A program made the translations under genes and the position numbers. From Anaeramoeba ignava BMAN (lineage: Eukaryota; Protista; Anaeramoebae): a stretch of DNA of 64,000 nucleotides. Location: NCBI GenBank assembly GCA_028826165.1, contig JAPDFW010000066.1:448275-512274 (forward strand), read 5' to 3'. The notes below the pieces were generated by a model. It saw only the letters and a list, made by a program, of their open reading frames with translations, had not been told where the DNA came from and did no database searches. The number at the start of each line of letters is the position of its first letter. The stretch's first letter is position 1. This document shows positions 26,745 through 39,212 of the stretch, one piece after another.

Positions 26745-28300
26745 ATGCATTCACCAGCACAAAATTTAATGACAAGAATACAAAAAGCATCAAACGATCA
26801 CGAAATATTAATACAATGGCTTAAAAAAAGGGTTAAACTTGAAAGAACTATTGTTAAAAATATAAGTAGTCTTGCGAAAAAACAAAAGTAAAAATTTTTT
26901 CAATTTAATTTTTTCAATTAATTTTTTCAATCTAATTTTTTAATTTAAAATTTAGTAAAAAAACTCAAAATGCTTTTGATGATAATTATGATCTTTTTTT
27001 TGAAAAATTAACTCAATTAACTTCAATTCATTCAGAAACTGAAACAACTTTACTTTCAATGATTGAACAATTAGAACATTTTCAAGATTATTTTAAAAAT
27101 GAAATTTCGAAGGTTTTTTTTTTTTATAAAATAAATTTGGATTGAAAAAAAAAAATTTTAATTAAAAAAGCAAATTATTTTGAGAAATTTTTTTTTCAAA
27201 ATGGATTTAAATTAAATTAATTTGTATTTGATTTGATTTAAAATATAGATTAATACTGAATATGTTCGTCAACAAAAAGGTTATGATAAACTTAGAGAAA
27301 GAGCATTTACTAATAATATAAAATTTCTTGAAAAAAAATTTGAATCTGAAAAATTTTATACAATTTGGAAAAGAAGAGAATCATTTGTTCATCCAAAAGA
27401 AGAACAACAAAAAGTAAAGAAAATAAAATTAAAATTCATTTATAAAATTAAAATAATTGTGTTAAAAAAAAAAAAAAGGCTTTCCAAAAATATGAATCTA
27501 TAAGAGATGATTCATTTAATACTTATCAGAAATATCGAGCAGTTTATGATAATTTTGAACAACAATATCAAGCATTTAATAACCAATGCCAAAAAACATA
27601 TTTATCACTAAAACAAATTGAAATACAAAGAAATTCATTAATTCAACAAATTTTTTTTCTTTATGCAAGTTCTTCTAAATTAATATTTCATATTGATATT
27701 AATCAATCATTTCCAACAACTCCTGAACCTAATTTTGATTTCCAAACAAAAATTGAAACTTTATTACAAGATGAAACAACTCAACCTCCACCTATTTTAG
27801 GAATTTCCAAAGAGATTGAGTTAAAAAATGATTCTAAAATTGAATTTAAATCAGAATCAGAATCTGAAATTGAATTAAAAGTTGAATCAAAAAAAAATCC
27901 AAAACAAAAAAATAATCATAAAACAAAATAATCATAAACAAAATAGAACAAGTGTAAGTTATTTTTTATATCCTGTCTTGTTTTTTCAAAATTTCTTTAT
28001 TAAAATTTAAAAATGTCTTGTTAAAATTTAAAAATTTAGTTGAGAAGAAATTTTGGAATTGAAAAAATTAAATTTCATTTAATCAAAAAAACTAAACCAA
28101 GAAGAAAACCTCCACCAATTCCAAAAAAAAAACAATTTGCTCTTGCTTTATATGATTATGAACCTGATGATTTAACTCATTTACCTTTTAATACTGGAGA
28201 TTTAATTCAAATTGTTTCTCCAACTTCAGATCCAAATTGGGTTATTGGATTATTGAATAGAAAAAAAGGATTAGTTCCAACAAATTATATTAAATATTAA
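26745..28300 (+). CDS. F-BAR-like coiled-coil + SH3 protein (multi-exon)
   Basis: N-terminal helical region WLKKRVKLERTIVKNISSL; C-terminal SH3 ALALYDYEPDD..LPFNTGDLI..DPNWVIG..KGLVPTNYI preceded by PPPIPKK. SH3 is clear, F-BAR is inferred. Confidence 0.7.
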
Positions 28301-28449
28301 AATAAAAATTTTTTAAATTGTTTTTTTTTAACGAATAAATTTAAAATTTAAATTTTAAATTTAATTTTTAATTTTAACGGTTTTTTAAATTAAATTGTTT
28401 CATTTTATTTTTTTCATTTTTTTTTTTTAAAATAATTTAAATAATAAAA

Positions 28450-31400
28450 ATGGAAATTGAAGAAAGAAATCAAGTTTATAAAAGACAATTTATTGAATTT
28501 TTAAGAATTGAAGTAAAAATCAAATTAAATTAAAAAATCAAATTAAAAATCAAATTAAAAATTTAAATTAATTTAGAATAATGATAAAAGAATTGATCAA
28601 ATGATTGATCAAAAAATGCAAAGAACAATTATTAATGCAAATGATTTAAGAAATTTTGATCCAAAATTATGTTCCGAGTTTGTTTTATTTTTTTATAAAT
28701 TCAAAATTTTTAAAATTCATTTTAAATTCCTTTTAGATTTATAAATCATCCAGCTGATTATTTACAAGCTTTTAATGATGCATTAACTGAAATTGTTAAT
28801 GATAAATTTCCCAATTATGCAAACACTTTTGATTATGAAAATTTTTTTATTGGAATAGAAGGAAATCTTGGAGAAATACATCACACAAGTCCGCGCCAAC
28901 TCAAATCATCGCTTCTCGGGAAACTTGTTTGTATAAATGGAATAGTGAATAAATGTAATTTTGAAAGAAAAAAAACAAAATCGAAATTGTTCGACTTTTA
29001 TTTAAGTTAAATGGAATTTTTTTGTTTACAAGGTTCTATTGTGAGACCGAAGGTTGTTCAAAGCGTTCACTATTGTAAAGTGACTACCAAGACGATGGCG
29101 AGAGTGTACCGCGATGAGACCTCAATCGATGGACTTCCCACTGGGTTTATGTATCCGACTACTGATGATGAGGGAAATGCGCTTGTGACAGAATATGGGC
29201 TCAGCAAATATAAAGATTACCAACGGTTGACAATTCAAGAAACCCCAGAAACTTTGCCTACAGGTCAGCTACCGAGATCTATTGAGATTATTTTGGAAAA
29301 CGATCTTGTTGATTCTGTCAAACCTGGTGATCGAGCCAAAATTTATGGTATTTTTCGTGCACTTGCTGGAAAGGCGACAGGTCTTGTTTCGGATGTTTTT
29401 CCGACAGTTGTGCTCGCTAATAATGTGAGTAAGGATGACAAAGGCACGCTTCCTAAGCAGCTGACTGACCAAGATGTTTCTTCTATCAGAGAATTTTCAA
29501 AAAGAAAAGACTTGTTTGAAGTCTTAACAAATTCCATTGCTCCGTCAATTTATGGCCATGAAATGCTAAAGAAGAGTCTTCTTCTTATGCTTCTTGGAGG
29601 GGTTGAGCGAGTCTTGGCTAATAAAGCGCACTTGAGAGGGGATATAAACATATTGATGATTGGAGACCCTTCAACAGCAAAATGTTTTTTGAAAAACACT
29701 CCAATTGTTCGTTTTGACGGCACGATTTGCAGTGTTCAAGATGTCTCTGCAGGCGATGTTTTGATGGGCGATGATCTGCAAAAACGCGTTGTGCAAGTCA
29801 CTACTTCTGGTCACTCAATGATGTACCGTGTTGTCCCTAAATTGGGCGATTCTTTTATTGTTAATGGAGATCATTTGTTATCAATTAAAGTGGAAAAAAG
29901 TGGAACAAAAAATAACGGACTAAATGGAGATTTTTATTCAAAAAATTCTTTTTTTCAAACTGAGATTTCTGTTGATTCTTTTCTTAGGCTTCCTCGATAT
30001 TTGCAACAAAAATGCAGATTGTTTCGGAAATCAGTTGAATATCCTGAAAAAATTGTTGATTTTGATCCTTTTTTGATTGGATTTTGGATTGGAAATTGCA
30101 GTTTGGATTCCTTTGTGTCTTTCAAGGATTTTTGTTCAAAATTTGTTGGGAAATCAGTTGGTTGTTTATCAGAAGAAAAGCTTTTGGATCTTGATTTGGA
30201 AATGGAAGAAAAAAGACATATTCCTGAAAAATATTTAATCAATAATAGCAAAATTAGGGAACGTTTACTTCTTGGGCTTTTTTCTTCAAGAATTGGATCA
30301 ATTCAAGAAGAAGATTCAATTGGATTGTTTTCTTTTGTTATTCCGAATTTGGAAAGAAATCAAAAATTAGTTTCAGATATTTTGTATCTTTCCCGTTCAC
30401 TTGGATTTTGTTGTGAAAAAGTTGATTTCAAAGAAAGAATAGAAGTTATTGTTTATGGATCAAAACAAGAAGAAAGCAAAAAAATGATTGAAAAGGGAGA
30501 ATTTATTAACTTAGCAAAAGCAAATGAAGATTTTTTGATGACAAGTTTTGAGGTTGAAAAATATGGATATGATGATTATTATGGGTTTTCAGTTGATGGG
30601 AATCATAGATTTTTATTGGGTGATTTTACAGTTGCTCATAATTCTCAGTTGTGTCGGTTTATTTTGAATATTGCGCCTTTAGCGATTAGCACTACAGGAA
30701 GAGGGTCTACTGGAGTTGGTAACTTTTCATATAAATTTATATTTAAAATTTTGATTTATATTTGATTTATATTTGATTTGATTTAAATTTGATTTAAATT
30801 TTGATTTAATATTTTATTTAAATTTTGATTTAATATTTGATTTAATATTTGATTTTAATATTTGATTTTAATATTTGATTTAAATTTTGATTTAATATTT
30901 GATTTATATTTGATTTTATTTTTATATTTAATTTAATATTTGATTTAATATTTAATTTTATATTTGATTTATATTAATTTAATATTTGATTTATATTTGA
31001 TTTATATTTGATTTAATATTGATTTATATTTGATTTAATATTTGATTTAAAATTTGATTTATATTTAAAATTTTATTTTATATTTGATTTATATTTGATT
31101 TATTTTGATTTAAATTTATTTTAATATTTGATTTAATATTTGATTTAAAATTTGATTTATATTTGATTTATATTTGATTTATATTTAATTTAAAATTGAT
31201 TTAAAATTTGATTTAAATTTTGATTTAATATTATATTTAATATTTTATATTTGATTTGATGTAAAGGTTTAACGGCGGCAGTTACAACCGATCCAGAAAC
31301 CCGAGAAAAAAGATTAGAAGCAGGAGCAATGGTATTAGCAGATCGAGGAATTGTTATAATTGATGAATTTGACAAAATGTCATTTTTGGATCGAATCGCA

Positions 31401-32609
31401 ATTCACGAAGCAATGGAACAACAAACAGTAACAATTTCAAAAGCAGGAATACACACAAGTCTTAACGCAAGATGCTCTGTAATTGCAGCAGCAAATCCAA
31501 TTTATGGACAGTATGATCGAACTAAAAAACCATCAGAAAATATTGCACTTCCTGATTCGTTACTTTCCCGTTTTGATCTCCTTTTTATTGTTCTTGATAA
31601 TATTGATCCTGAATCAGATCGCCTCATTTCTAATCATGTCCTTAAAATGCATATGTGGCAAAATGATGTCGCAAATGACCCTAATTTTTCAAATACTCAA
31701 GATGAAAAAGATGATCAAGATTTTGACATTTTTTTAAATAGAAATCCTTTTGAAGAAATGACTAAAAAATGGCAGAAAAAAAAAAGCCAGAAAAATAAAA
31801 GGTATCAAACAAGGAAAAGTTCGCAAAGAAACAGCAAATCGGAAAGCAAAAGCCAAAATGATGATGATGAGAATTTTGAACAAAAAAAAATTCTTAATAT
31901 TGATTTTTTGAAAAAATACATTTACTTTGCTAAACAAAAGATTGTTCCAAAAATGACCAATGAAGCATCCGAATTTATTGCATCATTTTGGGTTGGCTTA
32001 AGAAGTAAGGAAGGAATAAAAACACAGCCCATTACAGCAAGAACTTTGGAAACACTTATTCGTTTATCAACTGCTCATGCAAAAGCAAGACTCAGTGATA
32101 TCGTGACTGAAGAAGATGCAAAAGGAGCAAGTGATATTATTAATTTTGCATTGTTTCATGAAGCTGAACCAAAGAAGGCTGAAGTTAAAAGAAAGAAACG
32201 ACGAGAACCTGTTCAAATTGAAAATGAAAATGAAAATGAAATCAAAATCAAAATTGAAAATGAAAATGAAAATGAAAATGAAAATGAAAATGAAAATCAA
32301 AATCAAAATGAAATTCAAATCGAAAATGAAAATAATTCAAATGCGATTGAAATGGATCAAGAAATTGATTCGCAAACAAAACCTAATTTATCTAAAACAA
32401 AAGATCGTTTAGTTGAATTTAGAAAATTAATTGCAAATGTTTTCAAGAAAAAACGAACAAATGAAATGCAAATTGAAATTTTAATTCAAGAAATTAATGA
32501 AACAAAACCAAATCCATTATATGATTTTGAAGAAATTGAACCATATTTACATCAACTTCAAGAAGAGAATAGGTTAATGTTTAGTGAAGGAGTTGTGTTT
32601 TTAATTTAA
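28450..32609 (+). CDS. MCM3: DNA replication licensing factor MCM3 (5 exons, intein-containing)
   Basis: Exons 28450-28512, 28577-28677, 28737-28954, 29033-30718, 31267-32609. [80 protein letters not shown]. Confidence 0.96.
29683..30642 (+). mobile_element. Intein (320 aa) with degenerate LAGLIDADG homing endonuclease in MCM3
   Basis: In-frame insert between GDPSTAK and SQL. Starts CFLKNTP; block [11 protein letters not shown]; ends [22 protein letters not shown] followed by Ser. Confidence 0.96.
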
Positions 32610-32790
32610 AAAGAAAAAAAAATAATTTTTTTTTTGTTCCACTTTTTTTTTTAATTGGAAAAAAAAATTAAAAAAGAAAAAAGAAAAAAGAACAATTTTG
32701 AATTGAAATTTTAAATTGAAATTTTAAATTGAAATTTTAAATTGAAATTTTGAATTGAAATTGTTTAATTTTTAAATTGAAATTTTGAAC

Positions 32791-35700
32791 TTAATTTTCA
32801 ATTGAAAAAATATTGAAAGATTTAATAAGATATTTTGTTTCACTTGAAAGATCCAAAAATTCTTCAAGAGTTAAATAACCTTTCTTTGAAGAATCAAAAT
32901 GTTCGAACATTTTCTCAATTTGAACTAACAAATCTTTGTTTTCCATATTAAAATATTCAGCAAAAATTTTCCAAATTGATTGAGGAGTAACTTTTCCATC
33001 TCCTTCAGAATCAAAAATTGAGAAACCAAAAGCCATTTTATCAACAAAAGATCCATGAAATAAACAATAAAGACCAATGAATAATTCTCTGAAGTTTAAT
33101 TGACCGTTTTTTGATTTATTGAAACCCAAAAAGAGGATTTGAATTTGTTTTCTGTTTGTAATTCCAATTTTACCAAAAAAATCAACTAAGTTTTCATAAG
33201 TCATATATTTTTTTGGATAATCATCACAAAATCTTTGGAACATTAAATTCAGTTCAATTTCTCTAAAAGAACAAAGTCTTTTTAAAATCTTGATGTCTTG
33301 TTTATCTAGTTTTTCAAATTGCATTTCCATTCCATCTGCAACTGTAATTGATCCATGAAGTGTTTTAATCCATTCTAAATAATCTGTGTGACTTTCTGCA
33401 AAGAAAAGCATGTGTTTTCCCTCTGTTGATCCTATTTCGAAACTTAGTGGTTTTTTCGTTATTGAGTTTGCTGGTTTTAGTTGTGCTCCTTTGAGTGGGA
33501 TTGAGTGTTGTGCTTTTTGGGAGAGATCTTTTTATATTTAAATTTATATAAATTTTTAAAATTTATAAATGAATTTTTAAATAAATTTTTAAATAAATTT
33601 TAATTTTAATTTTAATTTTAATTTTTAAATAAATTTTAATTTTGATATTAATTTTCATTTTAATTTAAATTTAAATTTTAATTTTATAAATGAATTTTAA
33701 TTTTAATTTTAATTTTAATTTTTAAATAAATTTTAATTTTGATAATTTTCATTAATTTAAATTTTAATTTTTAATTTTTTAATTTTAATTTTAATTTTAA
33801 TTATAATTATAATTTTAATTTTAATTTTAAATTTAATTTTAATTTTTAAATTTTAATTATAATTATAAATTATAATTTTATTATTAATTTTAATTTTAAA
33901 TTTAAAATTTTAATTTTAATTTTAATTTTAATTTCATAAATGAATTTTAATTTTAAATTTAAATTTTAATTTTATAATTGAATTTTAATTTTAATTTTAA
34001 TTTTAATTTTAAATTTAATTTTAATTTTAATTTTAATTTTAATTTTAATTTTATTTTAATTTTGATTTTATTATTAATTTTAATTTTAATTTTAATTTTA
34101 ATTTTAATTTTAATTTTAATTTCATAAATGAATTTTAATTTTAATTATAATTATGATTTTAATTTTATAAATGAATTTTAATTATTTTTATACCAGGAAT
34201 AGCATCAGGATTTTCAGGATTCATTTTATAATAATCCAAATGATCAGAACGAATAATAAAAAACTTTTTCTTCCATTGTTTTTTTGAATCTGAAGGAAGA
34301 CAAGATAAAAATCCTTGTTTGTTTAAATTGCTTGAAAGACGCAAAAAATAATAGAAACTTTGAATAGCACTTTTCATATTATTAACCCAAGAAATTTGCT
34401 CTTCTTTTGTATCACATTCAATTAAATATTCAGAATCAGTTGATTGTTTTAAAATGATAGTAAAAGGCTGAGCAGCAAGATCAAGATCTGCTATTATTAT
34501 TGATTTTGATATTAAAATAAACCCTTTTGGTTCTGTTATTGATTTTGCTGCTCGTGAGTAAAATAAATATATTCCATTCAATAGAAACCAATATCTTTTT
34601 CTTTTCATTTTGTTCGATGATATCCATAAATATCCATCAAAAAATATATTTGTAAATGATTGTAGATGTCTTGTTTGTTTCTTTTGAGTTGGTTGGACTT
34701 GTTCTAATTTTAATATTAAATTCAAAAAGAATTTTGATTTAAATTTTATAAATGAATTTTTTATAAATGAATTTTAATTTTAATTTTAATTTTAATTTTA
34801 ATTTTAATTTTAATTTTAATTTTATAAATGAATTTTAATTTTAATTTTAATTTTAATTTTAATTTTAATTTTAATTTTAATTTTAATTTTAATTTTCAAT
34901 TTAATTTTAATTTTATTTTTAATTTTAATTTTAATTTTAATTTTAATTTTAATTTTTATAAATGAATTTTAATTTTAATTTTTAATTTTAATTTTAATTT
35001 TAATTTTTTAATTTTAAATTTTAAATTTTATTTTTTAAATAAATGAATTTTAATTTTAATTTTAATTTTAATTTTAATTTTAATTTTAATTTTGATTTAA
35101 AATTTTATAAATGAATTTTAATTTAAATTTTAATTTTAATTTTATAAATGAATTTTAAATTTTAATTTTAATTTTATAAATGAATTTTATAAATGAATTT
35201 AAATTTTAATTTTAATTTTTATAAAATTTAAATTTTTTAAATTTTAATTTTAATTTTAATTTTATAAATGAATTTTAAATTTAATTTTATAAATGAATTT
35301 TAATTTTAATTTTAAATTTAATTTTATAAATGAATTTTAAATTTAATTTTAATTTTAATTTTATAAATGAATTTTAATTTTATATAATTTTATATAATTT
35401 TATATAATTTTAAATTATATATGTATATGTACCAATTTGAGAATCATTTGCAGAGACAATATCTTGATTTTGTTGGTTATTCTCAAGATCAATATCGTTT
35501 GATTGCTCTAGAGGAGAACGAAGAGGAGATTCATCTTGACCCTTTTCAATTTCATGGATATTCAAATTTCTTCTTCCTTGAACAGGAGAAGGAGAAGAAT
35601 CAGCATAAAAAGAAGCCATAAGTTTTCTATTGAGCCTGTTCTTATGTTCCTTTGTACATTTCTGTGCGTAAAAATCGATATTTTGGAACCAAGAGTTAAG

Positions 35701-36378
35701 CAACTGATTAAACATTTCTTTTTCCTTTTCAAATTTCTCAAGTTTAGTTTGCTGGCCTTTTTGGGATTCCTCTTTGGGAAGGATCGGAAGTAAAACAATA
35801 GAGTTTCTTGTGGGATGATTCAGACGAATAACGGGCGTGTCTTGGTTATTATTGAACTCAATCTTAGCTTGAAGATTATTAAGAAAAATAACGCCCAATG
35901 GAAATTCAATTTTCTGTTCATTTTGATAGTAAGTGATGATATTATCATATAAATGGAAATGGAAGTCTTTCCATCGCCTGAAGCGCTGGCCTTCTTTCTT
36001 AAGATTGCCTGTTAAATGTGGCTTTCGATCTTGATATTTGCGTTCGGGAGTTAAAAGTAAAATGGATTTTGTAATTGCGTCCATCCATTCTTCTCGCAGC
36101 TGCGGTGAGCTCGCCTGAATGAAGAAGTCCCGCGACTCCTCTTGCACTATTTGGAAACTATTCTTGTATGACGCCTTGAATACATACCCCCCGTCTAGTG
36201 AAATTGCTCCCAGTGGGTGGTTAGTGTTTTGGTTCTTATAATATACTAATGTGTGGTTGCTTTTTAATACAAACCACCGTTTTTTCCATGTTTTGTGCTT
36301 CCCCCCTTGCTTCGTTAGATTCCCGCTCTTGATGATTTCGTTGTCCGTTACGTTTTTCTCGTCTTTTTGATCGCTCAT
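32791..36378 (-). CDS. Four-PH-domain protein with C-terminal EF-hand (NCS/calcineurin-B-like) module, 3 exons
   Basis: Exons 36378-35433, 34703-34194, 33527-32791. PH motifs include KSGNLTKQGGKHKTWKKRWFVL..REEWMDAI; EF loops DSEGDGKVT and DSSKKGYLTLEEF. Confidence 0.85.
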
Positions 36379-36477
36379 TTTCTTTTTACCCTGTTTTTTT
36401 TATTGAAAATTGAAAAAAAAAATGATTTTTTGTTTTTTTCATTTTTTTTTCTTTTTTGTTTTTTATTTGCTATTTTA

Positions 36478-38590
36478 ATTTAGATTAATTTTAGATTAAT
36501 TTTAGATTAAATTTATATTAAATTTAGATTAATTTTAGATTAAATTTAGATTGATTTTAGATTAAATTTATATTAATTTTATATTAAATTTAGATTAAAT
36601 TTAGATTAAATTTAGATTAAATTTAGATTAAATTTAGATTAAATTTAGATTAAATTTATATTAAATTTATATTAATTTTATATTAAATTTAGATTAGAAT
36701 TTATATTAAATTTAGATTAAATTTAGACAAATTTAGATTAAATTTAGATTAAATTTAGATTAAATTTTAGATTAAATTTATATTAAATTTAGATTAATTT
36801 TTAGATTAAATTTTGGATTAATTTTATATTAAATTTTAGATTAAATTTTAGATTAAATTTAGATTAAATTTGAGATTAAAATTTAGATTAAATCAATTTA
36901 GATTAAATTTAGATTAAATTTTAGACAAATTTATTTTAATTTAGATTAATTTTTTGGATTAAATTTGGATTAAATTTAGATTAAATTTTAGATTAAATTT
37001 TAGATTTAGATTAAATTTGTGACAAATTTAGATTAAATTTGGATTTCAAATTTTAGATTACAAATTTATATTAAAATTTTTGGACAAAATTTATTATTAA
37101 ATTTTAGATTAAATTTAGATTAATTTTTTAAATTTTTAACAAATTTAGACAAATTTAGATTAAATTTTAGATTAAATTTAGATTAAATTTTAGATTTATA
37201 TTAATTTTAGATTAAATTTAGATTAAATTTTAGATTAAATTTTGGATTAGAAATTTAGATTAAATTTATACAAATTTAGATTAAATTTATATTAAAATTT
37301 TAGATTAAATTTATATTAATTTTAGATTAATTTTAGATTAAATTTTATATTAAATTTTATTAAATTTAGATTTAAATTTAGATTAAATTTAGATTAAATT
37401 TAGATTAAATTTAGATTAAATTTAGATTTATATTAAATTTATATTAAATTTAGATTAAATTTTAGATTAAATTTAGATTAAATTTAGACAAATTTAGACT
37501 ATTAAATTTATATTAATTTTTATATTAAATTTTAGATTAAATTTATATTAAATTTTTTATTTTTATATTAAATTTAGATTAAATTTAGATTAAATTTAGA
37601 TTAAATTTATATTAAATTTTAGAATTAAATTTAGATTAAATTTAGATTAAATTTAGATTAAATTTAGAGAAAATTTTAGATTAATTTTAGATTAAATTTA
37701 GATTAATTTTTAGATTAAAATTTATATTAAATTTTAGATTAAATTTAGATTAAATTTAGATTAATTTTTAGATTAAATTTACAATTTTTGATAAATTTTG
37801 GATTAAAATTTAGATTAAATTTTAGATTAAATTTTAGACAAATTTTAGATTAATTAAATTTATAAATTTTTATATTAATTTTGAGACAATTTTTTAGATT
37901 AAATTTTTAGATTAAATTTAGTTAAATTTTAGATTAAAATTTAGATTAAATTTAGATTAAATTTAGATTAAATTTTAGATTAAATTTTAGATTAAATTTA
38001 GATTAAATTTAGATTAAAATTTATATTAAATTTGGGATTAAATTTGGATTAAATTTATATTAATTTTAGATTAAATTTGGATTAAATTTATATTAATTTT
38101 TGGATTTAAATTTGGATTAAAATTTATATTAATTTTAGATTAAATTTGGATTAAATTTTAGATTAAATTTAGATTAAATTTAGATTAAATTTAGATTAAA
38201 TTTAGATTAAATTTAGATTAAATTTTAGATTAATTTTAGATTAAATTTAGATTAAATTTTAGATTAATTTGGATTAAATTTAAATTTAGATTAATTTTTA
38301 TATTAATTTAATATAAATTTATATTAAATTTATATTAAATTTAGATTAAATTTATATTAATTTTAGATTAAATTTAGATTAAATTTATATTAAATTTAGA
38401 TTAAATTTAGATTAAATTTAGATTAAATTTAGATTAAATTTGGATTAAATTTATTTTAAATTTAGATTAAATTTGGATTAAATTTATTTTAATTTTAGAT
38501 TAAATTTGGATTAATTTTAGATTAAATTTAGATTAATTTTATATTAATTTTAGATTAAATTTGGATTAAATTTGGATTAATTTTGGATTG
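36478..38590. repeat. ~2.1-kb intergenic satellite of the 11-mer TTAGATTAAAT and variants
   Basis: Tandem array read directly from the sequence. Confidence 0.95.
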
Positions 38591-39212
38591 GATTTGTGAA
38601 AATATTCAACAATTTAATTTTATTTTTGATTTTGGATTGGATTTATGAAAATATTCAACAATTTAATTTAATTTTTGATTTTGGATCCTGTTGTCTTATT
38701 TTTTTCCTTTTTAAATTTTAAATTTAATTTTATTTTTGATTTTGGATCCTGTTGTCTGAATTTGTTATTTGAATTTAATATTTGAATTTTTCGTTTTTTT
38801 TTGTTTGGATAATTGAAAAAATTAAAATAAAAAAAAAGAAAAGGGGTCATAAAGAAAATTTGTTAATTCAAAAATAATAAAATCTTTTTTTTTTTTTTTT
38901 TGATCTGCGATCATCAAGAAAATATAATTTAATTTAAATTTCATTTGTAAATTCTTTGTTTAAATATAATTTTAAAATTATTTTAATTTATTTTTTATTT
39001 TAAATTTTGATTTTGTTTATTATGATTTTTTAAAAATTCCACAAAATAAAAAAATTTAAAAGATCAAAAAAAAATAAATATTTTATTTTTCATTTTTTCT
39101 TTTTCATTTTTTTTTTACATTTAATTTTGATTTAATTTTCTTTCTCTTTCATTCCGTTATTTAAAACAATTTTTTTTTTGTTTTTTTAATTAAATTTTTT
39201 ATAAATTTAAAA

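Noticed and set aside
27968-27976. ATATCCTGT, a possible second U12 donor
   Set aside because: It lies inside a GTAAGT..TAG intron (27954-28039), with no matching branch site or AC acceptor.
29269-30251. Antisense and alternate-frame ORFs over MCM3 and other genes
   Set aside because: Shadows of real coding sequence with no recognisable motifs.
36478-38590. Interstitial telomere
   Set aside because: The unit lacks G-runs and the organism's telomere repeat cannot be determined from this window.
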